Source of the DNA: the human T2T-CHM13v2.0 reference genome, Homo sapiens | Strand: one strand, 5' to 3' | NCBI RefSeq assembly: GCF_009914755.1 | Contig: NC_060941.1 | DNA length: 64,000 nt | Shown here: piece after piece, positions 1-13,452 of the stretch | Position numbering within the stretch: the stretch's first letter is position 1 | How the letters are laid out: every line of letters starts with the position of its first letter | Position numbers and translations under genes: made by a program | Notes under the pieces: model-generated | Seen by the model: only the letters and a program-made list of their open reading frames with translations | Databases searched by the model: none | What the model was told of the DNA's origin: nothing

Positions 1-159
1 AAGGTAAAATAATAACACGATGTAATGCAATTATCTCAAATTATATAATCTCTGTGCAAAGAGACCCGGAATATAAGAATGCCTAAGTACACAAACATAT
101 TCATGCATAGCACTGCCATTTTAGAACCAAGAAAGTGAGTGAATATAAAGCTTCCAAAC

Positions 160-372
160 AACAGCTAATATAAAAGCTGAAACACATCCTAGTTACCATG
201 TGCCAGGCATTGATATAAGCATTTTACATAATAATTTAATCCTCATAACAATCCTTTGTTGTGAATGCTATTATTAACATCCCCTCTTTACAGAAGAGAA
301 AACTGAGGCACAGAGAGATTAAGTCCTGTTACCAAAGTTGCAAAGCTAGAAATAGGCAAATCTAGAATTCAA
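160..372 (-). mobile_element. MIR
   Basis: tgtgccaggca...taatcctcataaca...acagaagagaaaactgaggcacagagag, reverse complement of the MIR core. Confidence 0.8.
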
Positions 373-780
373 ATTGAAAGGCCATCCTCTTAACTAATAA
401 TTTACATTACATTGATTCTTTGTAATAAATATTTATATTAGAATATAGGCTAAGAAGGGCCTAAAAAGGGTGCCAGGTGATTTGTAAGTTATAATTCCTT
501 AGTTATCGTGGGTTTTGGCCTATGCTGACCAGTTTCACCTGGCACTACCAGCTAAAATTAAACGGCGTCTTCACCAGTCCTTTCAAATGGAGCAGATGGA
601 ATGATCTCCCAATGCAATGGCTTGTCATTTGTTTCTTACACAGACCCATGAGCCACCCTTTGTCAAATGAATGCCATCAGCCAGATGAGAATGATGAGAA
701 TGAGGAAGAGGAACTGGAGAATCTAACTGAGGAACTAGGGGAGCGTGGGATTTGAGATGTACTAATCAGGAAGGAGGTGA

Positions 781-1086
781 GGCCAGGCGTAGTGGCTGAT
801 GCCTATAATTCCAGCACTTTGGGAGGCCAAGATGAGCAGATTGCTTGAGCCCAGGAGTTCAAGACCAGCCTGAGCAACATGGTAAAACCCATCTCTACAA
901 AAAGTACAAAAAATTACCCCACTGTGGTGGCACATGCCTGTAGTCCTAGCTACTTGGGGGGCTGAGGTGGAAGGATAACCTGAGCCTGGGAATTCAAGGC
1001 TACAGTGAGCCGTGATCATGCCACTGCACTTCAGCCTGGACATTGGAGTAAGACCCTGTATAAAAAAAAAAAAAAAAAAAAAAAAA
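781..1086 (+). mobile_element. AluJ
   Basis: Dimer with ttgagcccaggagttcaag and aggctacagtgagccgtgatc; poly(A) tail. Confidence 0.9.
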
Positions 1087-1153
1087 GTGGTAAAAAGGGA
1101 AGAAGTTTCATTCTGCATTTACGGCAAATTTTTCTTCAAGAATCAAGCAAGCA

Positions 1154-1456
<303 letters not shown>

Positions 1457-2309
1457 AATCAAGCAAGCAGAAGTGGATATAGGTTTAATGGCACCTGACA
1501 CCCTGACACTCAAATAATTTTAGGGCTCCCTTCAAGAAAAAAATACAAAAGTAGAAATGTAGGGGCAAAGGACCCTGGAAGGCACTCATTGCCAGTGAAG
1601 AGTCTGAAGCTTGAGCTTTACTTATTTTGTAGCGAGTTGTGAATTTACTTGCATATGGCAGAGGCAGGAGAAGGCAGGAGGAACTTTTGCTATCTCTGTG
1701 CCCCATGTAGACTGCAGATTTCTTCACGAGAACCCTTCAGGAGAGACAACAGCTACCTGGGGACTATGAATTAAATCGAGAGGAATCAAAGATGCATAAG
1801 CTACCTTTCAAATTCCTATGAAAAATGTGGCCAAGTTAAAAGATAACATGCAGAAAATGTATTTAAAAACGTGTAAAGAAAAACTTGGGCCACAGCCATT
1901 GGAACAATTTTATTATAACTGGGCTTCCCTTGGCTTTAGAATAGACCAGGGAGGAGATCACTAAGGCAGTAAAATCAATAAAGAGGGCTACAGAGATTTT
2001 TTTCCAGTGCTTGAGTGGATTGAAATAGAAGACTACTGTCCAATCTCCTAATCTGCCTGGGTAGATAAAACAGGAGAGGTCTAGCAAGAGATATCAGGCA
2101 TGTAGTCAAACAGATGGGTTTGGGCGGACCTCCTGATCTGGAGTAACTGAGGGAAGGGCTGGAAAGTCTAAAACCTGGCTATAGAGGTAGCAGACATCAC
2201 TCAGCTGCTGGGCAGGACTGAACAATTGGGAGCTTGCTTATAGAAAAACAAAATGAGCTGAGTGATCAAAATTTGAGTATGCCTTCAAGGTAGGCGGGAC
2301 CTCTGGTAC

Positions 2310-2545
2310 CTAGAATAGAGACAGAAAGTAGGATGGTGGTTTCCAGGGACTGAGGGAGGAGGGAATGAAGAGTTACTGTTTAGTGGGTCTAGAGCTTCAG
2401 TTTAGGATGATAAAATATTCTGGAAATGAATATTGGTGATGGTTCTAGAACAATATTGTGAATGTGCTTAATGCACTGAATTATATACTTAATGGTTAAG
2501 ATGATAAATTTTATGTTACATATATTTTAACAAAATAAAAAAAAT
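2310..2545 (+). mobile_element. L1M (L1MB-like) 3' end
   Basis: gacagaaagtaggatggtggtttccaggg...ggttaagatgataaattttatgtt followed by an A tail. Confidence 0.75.
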
Positions 2546-3688
2546 CCTTTTATAAAAGTGAATTCAAAAGACATCCCAGAACCTAAGTAAAATTCCACAA
2601 ATCAAAGCCATGGGTTTAATTGTAAGGACGATAGAGGCTGGGAAATAAAGCAACAGATACTGCCTTTTCTGGTCACATAATAACCTTTGTGTAAATTGTA
2701 GACTCAGAAGGCATTTGTATGACCTATCAAGAGGTGAGAAGCCCGGTCCCCATTTCCAAATGGTTATAAATGTTGCACTGTCTGTAGAAAGAATTCAAAG
2801 GGTAAGGTACCTACCTCCTTTTGCAAAAGCAGGGAATGGTGCAGGAGACAGGAGAAAACAGGGCATAAAAATTCACAGAAAATAGCATATGTCAAAGGAA
2901 AACCACTGTGGGCCAGATCAAAGCAATGACAGAAGTAATGATTGAGTTTCTTTATAGCTATATTTTACTGTTCAAGGTAGGAGATTGTCTGTAAATTAAA
3001 GAGCCAAAAATGATTGGATTAAGATACCCATACCCTCAATTTAGAAACTGTTATTAAGGACTTTTTTTTTTTTAACAGAACTATTTCAGAAGCCTTAGAG
3101 CTCAGGAAGGGTGATAATGTCGGGACTTCAGGGTAAGTAGGAAGAAACACACAATTCAAGGGCAGTGACCACTTCTCCAACATTGAAAAATGTGATCAAT
3201 TTCTATTGAAAGGAAAGATTCAGTGGCCAGCTAGCACTGATTGTTATTACTAAAAATAAACTTTGGTCACAGATTCAGCAGCCTATGAGAAGTTAGTAAA
3301 GTGATTGACTTAAAGATTACCTTTTAAGAGGCAGAAGAAAAATAATTATTAGTAACACCTTCAAACATAGAATGCTTCCAGACATATCCCAGTTGGAATG
3401 AGACTAACAGAACTGTTAATCCTCTTCACTTTTTTAATAAATGAAAAAATTAAGGTTCATTGGGATTGAATGATCCATGCAAATTTTCATTATTTGTGGC
3501 CAAATCAAAAATTACTCACAAGATTGTATACAAGCCATGGCGTTTCATCATTAGGGCACGGAAAGAGCTGGTGAGTCTAAAGAACGTCATAAAAAAAGAC
3601 GGGATCAAGAAAATGACAGATTAGATAAGCCATTGTTTTCTCTTTCATGGTATGAAGCACCACGTAAGGGTAAAAGATATATATAATA

Positions 3689-3972
3689 AGCTGGGCACCG
3701 TGGCTCATGCCCATAATCCCAGCACTTTGGGAGACCAAGGCAGGATCACCTGAGGTCAGGAGTTCAAGACCAGCCCAGCCAACATAGTGAAAACCCATCT
3801 CCACTAAAAAATACAAAAATTAGCCGGGCATGGTTGTGGGCGCCTGTGATCCCAGCTACTCAGGAGGCTGAGGCGGGGAGAATTGCTTGAACCTGGGAGG
3901 TGGAGGTTGCAGTGAGCTGAGATTGTGACACTGCACTCCAGGCTGGGTGACAGAGCAAGACTCCGTTTCAAA
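3689..3972 (+). mobile_element. AluS with (TA)n-derived tail
   Basis: Dimer followed by a TA-rich microsatellite to about 4072. Confidence 0.9.
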
Positions 3973-4936
3973 TATATATATATATAATATACGTATATAT
4001 AAATGCATATATGTACACGTATATATAAATGTACATATATACACACATATACATATTATATATATGTATATAATTTGCCTGTATGACTGTATCCCTGTGC
4101 TCAAAAGGTAACTGGAATGAAATGAAGGAAGGTTGCTTATGCTGATGACAGAGTGTCAGGGAACAGCCGACTCAGCACAGGTTTAGAGACCTGGAAAACA
4201 TCAAAGCGGCAACCACATAAATAAGGGACACAATAGTAAAAATGATGAACTGGAATGAGAGTCCATTAAATAATGAAAGCATCACACAAATAAATGGTAA
4301 TGAACAAACAGAGACCAGACTGGTGAGAAGCCTAGGAGCAGACGTGCAGAAATGATGAGGGAAACAGACTATGGGCATTGTTACACGTGGGAGATTTGCA
4401 ACTTCAGTTAGAAGACAGGATGAGGCTGGTAGAAACAGATCTACTTCCAATTTTTTTCTGTGTGTTCATTATATATAGCTTGGACTAGTAAAATGCATCA
4501 TCTCGTTGATAAAGAACTTTTTATTAATGGCCTCACCAAATAGCAGGGGCCAAAGAGTCTGAAAAGGAGCTCATTATTTATGGCTAGATAGAAGAAGAGC
4601 TAGGTGTGTTCAATACGGAATCACTTTACAGTTGGAAGTCAATACCAGTTGGAATTTTTGCATTTCAGTGGGTCGGAAGGAATAAGAAAGCTACATCCAC
4701 AAGAAAGTTTCAAATGCCATATTCATGAATGATAGTAGGGAGGGGATTTTTCTCTAAAGAGAACTGTCCCTGACATGGAAAGAACACAATTTGAGAAAGG
4801 GCAAAGAACATCAAAGAGGGTAGGATGAAGGCCAAGCACTTTGAAATGAAATGAAAAGAAAGGTATAATTTTGAGGCCAGATTGTTATAAAAGGGGGAAA
4901 ATAACAATTAGGGGTCTTGTTGAAAAGAAAGGAGGA

Positions 4937-5232
4937 GGCTGGGCGTGGTGGCTCACATCTGTATTCCCAGCACTTTGGGAAGCCGAGGCGGGCAGATCAT
5001 GAGGTCAGGAGATCGAGACCATCCTGGCTAACATGGTGAAACCCCATCTCTACTAAAAATACAAAAAATTAGCTGGGTGTGGTGGCAGGCACCTGTGGTC
5101 CCAGCTACTCAGGAGGCTGAGGCAGGAGAATGGTGTGAACCCAGGAGACGGAGCTTGCAGTGAGCCGAGGGCCACTGCACTCCAGCCTGGGTGACAGAGC
5201 AAGACTCTGTCTCAAAAAAAAAAAAAAAAAAA
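4937..5232 (+). mobile_element. AluY-like with TSD AAAGAAAGGAGGA
   Basis: gatcgagaccatcctggctaac, gaatggtgtgaacc and gagcttgcag diagnostics. Confidence 0.9.
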
Positions 5233-7711
5233 AGAAAGGAGGAATAAAAAAATATGTAAGATAGTTTTTGACATAAGGATTTTGATACAGGAAAAAATTG
5301 AAGAGTAAAAGTTTACTCAGATGAGGAAAAAAATAAAATCAAGAAGTGTAGAAGGAAAGATGCTGAAAAGACTTTTGTAAGTAATTCAGCTAAGGAGAAA
5401 TGTGGGGTTTGTCCAAGGTGGGAATGGACTGCAATAGACCATATCAACTTTTTTTTTTTTAATCTAGAAAGGAAGGAAAAAGAAAAAGTAACTATTCAAG
5501 TCTAAAGTCTATACCCTCTTTGATATAAACATGTTTTGAATCATTCTGTATAAAGGTAAGGTATTACTACTATAGGATATTTAGTTGGACTTTGTATAAT
5601 GAAGAACAACTGATCTAGAATTTAGGGGTAAGATCAAGTAGTCTGAAATAAAAATTAGGTTTGGCTATAAAGGTATCAGTTGATAACACTTAATCAAAAA
5701 CTCTTGTTGCCTCTGAAAAATTGCAGTGAAATGACTCTAAAGTTTCCTTGCTTCCTACAGTTCCCTGGTTGACCAGCTGTTGCAGGCCTGAAATAAAGAA
5801 ATCCGAGCTTAGATAAGGCTTTCTGGGAAAACAGGTGGGAGAAAAATGCCACTGCCCAGACCAGAGGCAGATAACCTTTTGGGAGTGGAAGGCCACACGT
5901 TGCTGCCCCTGGTTCTTCAGGTCCGTGGTGAGGGGTTGGGGTACTGGAAGCCAGGTATGCATCCTTTCAACAACACCTCCATCTCCTATGTCAAACATGC
6001 CTCCATTCTTTCAGATTCAGTTCCATCCATCCTCCTTTGGGGCCTTTTTTTTTTTTTTCCTAATGTAAACCCTCTTGGGGAAAGTTAAGCCTACTTGACT
6101 TTCATCTCTCTAGGGGTCTATATCAGATATTCAGACTGTTTTTCCTGGAGCTGAAGCTGACAGTGAGTGCCCTAGGTGGGCTGCAGTTTTTTCCCCAGGA
6201 ATCTGAAGTAGGAAATGGACATCCTCAGATATGGTACATCTGAAGAGAGGGAAGAATCAGATGCCAAAGATCACTAGTCACCGGCAGGATGTGGCAGAAG
6301 CCACCGGAAAGTGAAAGAAGCATGGAGGTAGAAGATGGGAGGGGGAAAGACTCATTATTCCTATTTGCAATGAAAGCAAGCTCCCCTTGGGGTGTGGGAG
6401 AACACTCTAGGTTTATTACAAAATGACTTTAGGAGAGACCTAATGGTCAACGTACAGATCAGACAGTTACAGAAAAGCCCTCTTAGGAATAATCAAAGTT
6501 AGCACCAAGTTCAAAATCTAGCATAGTCATGGATCATCCAGGCAGAGCTAATGGACACCAGATCTCATCCTATCTGATCCTTCAAAGGTAACTAAAATAT
6601 CATACCCAGACATTTGAGAGCAAAAAGGACTCACAGCAGAATGTGTTCCCCATTCAGCGTTCCCTTTTATTTTTACAGTAAAACTAGAGGAGAGTAAGTT
6701 GTTGAGCATATTGTAATTAAAAGAACACAACCAACAGTTGGAAATTAAACTAAAACAATTGGGCTATAGCCTGAAACATACTAACATTTTCTAATATCCC
6801 ACAATAGAACCATATATTAGAAGCAATTTCTATTTTCAGTTTTACTTCCTCCTAGCGTAACTAAAATTTATTATTTTATGACTTTGTATGTGATGTCACA
6901 CTGCCTCATAATTTCCCCAAATTCATCCTTTTTCAAGCTTTTAAAGAAAGGCCTGCCATCTCATTATGTAGCAAACAGATTTATAATTTTCCTATCCATG
7001 AACATGGAAGAAGAACTTCTCCTGTATATTAGAAACTCAATGCAAATCTGTTTGCATGTTGATGAAGATATTTCAAGGACCACAAATTCTACAATAACAC
7101 CAATGCTTCACCAACAGGGCTTGAGGTTGGGCTTTTAAAATTCCACTCTCCTTCAATGATTACAGGATACAATAGGAGAATAAGTAGGGGTCCTTTTTTT
7201 CTACACCAAGGCTTATATTGGAATGAATCCCAGCAACACTTTTCCTGTGTTTGAGAACCATACGTTTTTCTGTTCTCTGAGTCTATCAAAATTATGCACA
7301 AAGTTCTGGGGTTTCTAGGATATGAGGCAATAGGAATTTGCTTTCCTTTGCTATTATTCAGCAACTCGAGGCTATTTGTAACCATAGCACATCCATCTGA
7401 ATTTAACGTTTAACAGAAATGGAGATATTTACTTCCCTCCCTAAGCACTTTGGTTTTGTCAGGTGACAAGAAATACAGTCACGGCCCTGTTGTGGAGGCA
7501 AATAGAAACTGCAAGACTTGAACTTGAAAGAGCCTTTAGAAGTGTTTTATTGGAATGTTATTTTCCACCTGAAGCTGACTGATTCCATTTCTCACAATTG
7601 CAGGTATCCATTTGTTACAAGCTGCTTCTGTATCTTCATTATAAAAACACAGTTTGGTTGCCTTTAGCATTTTTCCCAGCAAAGCACAACAGTAAACATT
7701 GCTCTGCTTAT

Positions 7712-7900
7712 TAGAAGAAAGAAAGAGAGAGAGAAACAGAGAGAGAGGGAGAGAAAGAGAAAGAAAGAAAGAAAAAGAAAGAAAGAAAAGAAAGAAAGAA
7801 GGAAAGAAAGAAGAAAGAAAGAACGAAGAAAGAAAGAAAAAGAAAGAAAGAAAAGAAAGAGAAAGAAAGAAAGAGAAAGGAGGAAGGGAGGGAAGAAAAT
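7712..7900 (+). repeat. Complex (GAAA)n/(GA)n purine tract
   Basis: About 190 bp of almost pure purine. Confidence 0.95.
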
Positions 7901-8034
7901 CATAGAAAAGAGGTTTTCAAGAGAAAATATAGAATGGTGACTGGAAGAATTACCAGTCTAGCATTAATTAGAATCTGGCTTTTAGACCTGAGGCACACAC
8001 TAGCTGTGACTGATACACATCTTAACTCAGGAAA

Positions 8035-8232
8035 TGCAGCATGACTGACGTTTTGGTTGAGATCATTTTTAGTAATGGAGACTGTCTTGCGCTTTACAGA
8101 ATGTTTGGCAGCATCCCTGGCCTCTATCCAGGGTGCTAGCAGCACCCTACACTCCTCAACTCTTGAGGCAACCAGAAATATCTCCAGACGTTGCCCTGGG
8201 ATGCAAAATCATGTTTTTGTTGAGAACCAGTG
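8035..8232 (-). mobile_element. MER20 (hAT-Charlie)
   Basis: gcagcatccctggcctcta...tctccagacgttgcc...gcaaaatc...ttgagaacca. Confidence 0.8.
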
Positions 8233-9225
8233 CCTTAAGCCCTAACGAAACTTAGTGAAACATCTATGAGGTGAAACTAATGAGAGTAGAGAGCTGCTGT
8301 TGTTGGTATACGGTGAAATAATGCATTTGAAAGACTAGTTTGCAATATACATATAAGGCATTATTATTTTATAGACATATTTATTTATTCACGTATTTAA
8401 GATCTCTTCATGGGGAGCTGGGGACTCAGCAGGTCTCAGCTGGCAGAATACGATGAAGCTGTTTAGGAGAAATGTATCCTCTTTCTTTTCAACTGTAATA
8501 TCAAGAGTTACGAATTTACAGACACGTCAATGTTTTAACCCCCTGCATAACAAGTTAACAAAAGGATTCAGGTGCTGAACAGGGCTTTGATCCAAATGAC
8601 CATTGAAGTTGATTTCAGCTTTGAAGATCCTTTGAAAATAAGAAAATTAGAATGGGATTAATATTTCTAGAATAATCAATATCCATTCTCTAGAAGCATA
8701 TTAATCTCCATTTATTGAAATAAAATTCATTTCCCTAGAAGTGACTAAGTTCTCTGGAGAATGGATACACTGCAGATGTGATCTTGGAAGCAAACTGCTT
8801 GAAACGAAGCTGTAGATATTTTCTAGATATTCTTGAAAGACAACACTCTACCTCTAAGAAACAGGAAGGGGATTGGAAGGCATGGCTTTGGAGCAGACAG
8901 CTCAGAGAATGGAGGCTAAGATGTTCCAATCAAGGTCAAAGCCTATTATTTGGTGTAGCTAAATGGACAAAATAAATGTGAGGCCAACTTCATGCACAGC
9001 AGGGACGAGTACTATATAGAGGCAGAAATGAATGGACATTCCTGTTAGAGAATACTGACTCTAAATCTTTATACATTTTGCTGGGACTTATTACTTCCAA
9101 CACTCTTAGGAAGTCACAGAAGCTTGAAGATTTTCCCGGTGTTTTCCATAGTCGTTCATTTTTAAAATAATATGAACAAAAATATCTATGTTCAAAAAGG
9201 GATCCTTTGCATTCAATTCTGTTCT

Positions 9226-9231
9226 TTTATT
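9226..9231 (-). terminator. Distal poly(A) signal AATAAA
   Basis: TTTATT on + strand with a U/GU-rich element downstream on the minus strand (9170-9200). Confidence 0.55.
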
Positions 9232-10864
9232 TCTTTCACATTAAAAAAATGAAGGTTGCAGAATGCAATTGTTTCTTTGTGCAAGCCACTTTTGCATAAT
9301 GCCAAGCAAACACTTACAAAAGAATCAGTTGTACAAACAAAATGAGCTAAGAGAAATGATGACAAGAGTTTAAAATGAGTATCTTGTTGCAGCTAGTGAT
9401 TCAAGTAGAATAAAAACAGTCTGTGGCACTGGGAAATTGAGAGCATAGACATGAAGGAAATCAACTGAAAAAAGGTGACCTGGATTTGGGGTTTACTTAA
9501 CTTCTATAAATGGGATATTAACAGATAAATCCAAAGATTTGGAGCAATGACAAAATATCTAACACTTAAAATATTTTTTCCTTCATTTTAATCCTGTGTT
9601 AAGCTTCTCAAGAAATATTTACATCACCTAATGCAGCAGCTATGGTAAATGTACAATTGTACTGCATATTTTAAAACAACTTTAGTTTCTTTTGATTGAC
9701 AACATTAAAGAAGAAAAAGAATATTATTTTAGAGTGTCTGGTCATTTAAATTTTGGCAGATAAAGAAAACTTCCATGAAATAGAAGACATTTTTCCTCTT
9801 GGGTTTAAACTTCTAATAAAATGTTGCTGACAGGCTAATTATAAATGTTTTATATATTTCGTGCATATGTGTTCCTCTCTAAACCAATTTAATTCCCATT
9901 AATGCTAATCTTGTTAATACCCACTCAGAGAGGAAAGGAATACTGTTAATAAACTATTGATTTATTTGAGTGATTTAAATGGGGGATGGGCAGAAACAGA
10001 CGAGAGAAGAGGAAAAGCCACCATTTTACCCACAAATGCATTTCCTAGAATATTTTTCCAAATATTACTGAACATTAGGTTATAAATGGTATAAATAGGA
10101 AGTGGGAAGGGGGAATAAAGTGACAAAATGATAGTCCTCCATCCATGAAAAATAAAAACACTTTAAACGAACTGCTAATTAATTCTTTCAGAGTACTAGC
10201 TCCAAAGTTAGAAGTGAGATATTACAAAGAAAGGTAGGTTTTCTCTCTTTAAAAAGAGGTAAACTAAAAAACAAATGAGACTCATACCTGTAAGTGCTAA
10301 TCGAAATCTGTTTCTTTTTTTTTTTTAAAGTCAATTAAATCAACAAATGGGTAAGTTACGTTCCTAACACATCTTGTGCTACCCCTAGTGTGGCTGGCCA
10401 CCTTGTCCTCCATGCAAGAATCCAATAATTCCTCTCCAATTCAATCAAGCATTCATCAGTCAAGATTTCCATATCTCAGTGTACTTTAAATAGCCAAGAG
10501 GCAAGACTGGCTCTTAAGAGAGGTTGTGTCCAGGTCTCAGTGGTTTTCTTGGACACAACTATGTAATGAGACTGGGTGCCATGAGGGGTAGCCTGGGAAT
10601 TTAGAAAACAAGGGGCTCTCTTTCCCTTTTCATATCATCTGAAAACTACCTAACCATTTCTAAAGGTGCAGATGTCTTCTTTTCCATTCTCCCTGGAAAA
10701 AGTGACATGAAATGGGGAACAAGTGGAAGATGGAATTTTGTCCAGGGTCCATCCAACATTTGACCTTTAGATACATTATTTCACCTCCCAAAGACTCAGT
10801 TTTCCTTTCTGTAAAATGGGGATAATAATATTTACCTATTGTGATCTTATACAACAGAGCAAGA

Positions 10865-10878
10865 TTTATTTTTTTATT
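10865..10878 (-). terminator. Proximal poly(A) signals (two AATAAA)
   Basis: TTTATT at 10865-10870 and 10873-10878 on + strand, about 500 nt after the stop. Confidence 0.55.
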
Positions 10879-11368
10879 TTAATGATCAAAAAGGTGTATT
10901 TGAAAGCACTATGAAAACTGTGACGGGTACAAACATATGATAATACTAACTGGGAAATAATTTAAGAAAAAGTGGCACGGGAAAAAGGGAGAAAAATATA
11001 AGGATAGATATCAATTTTATCAGGGCCTTGTATTTTAAAAAAAGAGAGAGAGATGTTTAACCTCAAGATTTTCTGAAAACTTTTAATGACAACTGATGCT
11101 TATACTTTATGACTGGGTATATAGAACATAAAATAAAAACTGAAAATTGAAAGTGTTTAGACGAGTGAAATTTTCCTTTTCTGTTGATCCACGTGTTTGG
11201 TGTTGGTTATACATTAAGATGGGGCGGGAGTGAGAACAATCTCTTAACATTCATTGAAAAAAATACTGAAACATATTTTCAGCACAAATATTAAACTGTC
11301 TCTTCTCTACCGATTGGTAAAAAAATATATTATATTTTGATTTTTTTTTTTCTTTTTAAATTATATGG

Positions 11369-11990
11369 TTATCCATCCCAGCCAAAGTCGTGCCCGGTCA
11401 TCTGGTAGAACTTGAGGTTGAAAGGCCGGTAGAACTCGCGCAGCCTGCGCACCACCTCGCGGTCGATCTCAGGATGGGTCCTGCCCTTGGTCTTGCCCAG
11501 GCAATGGGGCCGGCTGCTGCCCTCCGCCTTCTTCAGGCAGGGGAAGCCCTTGGTCTTGTTGAAGTAGAAGTGCTTGTCCGTGATGATCCTCTTGAGGCCC
11601 AGGAAGTCTTGCACGCGGCCCAGCTCCCCGGCCGGGTCGCTGATGAGCCGCTCGCCGCTCACGAAGAGCATCTGGCGGATGGGGAAGTGGCGCAGCCAGT
11701 GCTCCAGGTGCTTGGCGTAGATGCCGATCTGGATGGCGCTCCACGACGTGTCGATGAGGCCCGCTGTCCTGTTTTTGAACGTCAAGCTCTCGAAGGTGGG
11801 GATGTCGGGCCGCTTGGACAGCGTCTGCGTGTAGTCCGAGATGGCCCTGGTCACCGGGTCCCGCACCACCACGATGAGCTTGGTGTCCTTGGACATGGCC
11901 GAGATGCGCGCGGGGGCCTCCCGCGTGACGAAGTAACTGGGCGTCTTCTCCATGGTGATCTGCCCGTCCAGGGTTCTGGGCATCAGGTCC
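11369..11990 (-). CDS. HS3ST3A1: Terminal coding exon of heparan sulfate glucosamine 3-O-sulfotransferase 3A1 (C-terminal part of sulfotransferase domain)
   Basis: Minus strand reads ...ttctcAG|G GAC CTG ATG CCC AGA, giving (R)[20 protein letters not shown]...[11 protein letters not shown] (3'-phosphate binding motif)...[25 protein letters not shown] (Cys pair, KGR)...[12 protein letters not shown]. Phase-2 intron. The 5'-PSB motif is absent, as expected if it lies in exon 1. A1 versus B1 assignment rests on the final Gly (recall). Confidence 0.95.
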
Positions 11991-12275
11991 CTGAGAAACG
12001 CAAAAAGGCATGTCAGAGATGTGCAGAGAGAGCTCAGTCCCAGGAGAGACTGTCAAGTACACGCTGGAGCCAGGCCGCAATTCCAGCCCCCGCAACCCCC
12101 CACTTGCTAGACATCTGATGGTGACGTCGCACAACGAGCCCCGCACCTCAGATTCCTCGTGTATTAAACGGAGAATAATAATATTACCCATTGCATACAG
12201 TTTTGTGATGATTAAATGAGTTAATATACCTCGACAGCTTAGAAAACTGCCTGGCACCGAATAAATGCCACGTTA
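11380..12275. other. CpG/GC-rich island over the terminal exon and adjacent intron
   Basis: Dense CpG, with an abrupt fall to AT-rich sequence at the stop codon and near 12280. Confidence 0.75.
11991..12020 (-). promoter_or_regulatory. HS3ST3A1: Splice acceptor, polypyrimidine tract and branch point of the terminal exon
   Basis: Minus strand: ctCTGACatgcctttttgcgtttctCAG; branch-like CTGAC with its A about 23 nt upstream of the exon. Confidence 0.85.
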
Positions 12276-12295
12276 AGTTTCTGTGTTTTATTATT
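12040..12295 (+). mobile_element. MIR (CpG-enriched)
   Basis: ctggagccag...cacttgctag...cctcagattcctc...gattaaatgagttaata...cttagaaaactgcctggcac. Confidence 0.75.
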
Positions 12296-13452
12296 GTTTA
12301 TCCACAATGCTGTAAGAAAATAACTTTGGTCAAAATCTTCAGGTGAATTAGAATATTGTCATAAACACAATTATACTGCTATGAGATAGTATTAAAATAT
12401 CCTGAGCCCTTCCTGTAGTTTTCTTATAAACAAAGCAATCATATTCAACATAATGTAGCATATTACACAAAATACTTATGTTTGTAATTACTGAGTTTTC
12501 CTGCAACAAACAAGACTTATTAAAGAATCCATCTTTTGCCTAATGATTTGAAATGCCATCATTATCATATTCTAAATATGTTGATTCCTTTCTACATTGG
12601 CCCAATTATAAGTTATTATCGTGTGATAGTATACTTTCATGTACACCAAAGTAAATTCTGACTTTCTGTTGTTCAACATGTCCTTGATGATTCTGGTCCG
12701 TTTATTCCTCCTGACAAATGAGATATCACTTTATCATATTAAAAACAAAAATCCAGTTGGAGTCTTGATACAGCAGATATTGCTTCTCTGTTCAAGCAGG
12801 CTTTCTACTGGCCTCAGTCAGGGCCAGTCAAAACACATGAACAGGAGAGATCAAATCTATTTGTTCTTCCAACTTAAGTATACTGCAATTAAATGCACTA
12901 TTTGTTGAGACAGTTACAGACAGTTGGATAGATAGAGATCTTTAGTTATTTCATTTTGTAGTTTTGACTTCTCTTTTAATGTAGGCATTATCTAGGATTA
13001 TATTGTATCTTTAATCCTGATGATAGATTTGTTACTTTTGTTCATGGAATTTGTGATTAGTTTTTATTTCGCATCTGCAAGGAAAAGATACACTTTGCAT
13101 CATGGGAGCTTGCAGTTATTAATTCCCTGTGATTTTGTCCCACCTACACTATCTGGGCTAACTATATTTTGTGAGACATGTCAAACATAAACAAAAGCAG
13201 AGAAAATTGTCAAATCAGTCTCAAACACCTCACATCCAGCTTCAAAACTTCATAAAGGCCTATTTTATTTATAAATCCCCTCATTTCTGCTGCCCCAGCA
13301 GGCCAGTTAGATTATTTTAAAGTCATTCACAAACATCCTATTAATGGATTAATAAGTATTCCTGCTCCCATCTGCATTATTTCTAGCACAAATTCCTCAA
13401 TCTCTTGGGCAATCTGATGGCCCCGATACTTCCTTAGTTTTAATGATGCAGG

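Larger units (their letters stand above)
9205..11368 (-). other. HS3ST3A1: 3' UTR of HS3ST3A1 (long isoform about 2.1 kb)
   Basis: AT-rich, Alu-free sequence from the stop codon to a distal AATAAA; end inferred from the signal position. Confidence 0.6.

Noticed and set aside
522-755. 77-aa ORF with an acidic tail
   Set aside because: The tail comes from a GA-rich low-complexity stretch; no homology recognised.
11369-11983. Treating the 204-aa Met-initiated ORF as a complete gene or retrocopy
   Set aside because: Homology continues upstream to a canonical splice acceptor, and the PAPS 5'-PSB motif and TM anchor are missing, so this is an internal Met of a spliced exon.
11390-12118. 242-aa plus-strand ORF and 262-aa alternative-frame ORF (11469-12257) overlapping the exon
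   Set aside because: Shadow ORFs expected from the GC-rich codon usage of the real exon; no recognisable protein features.
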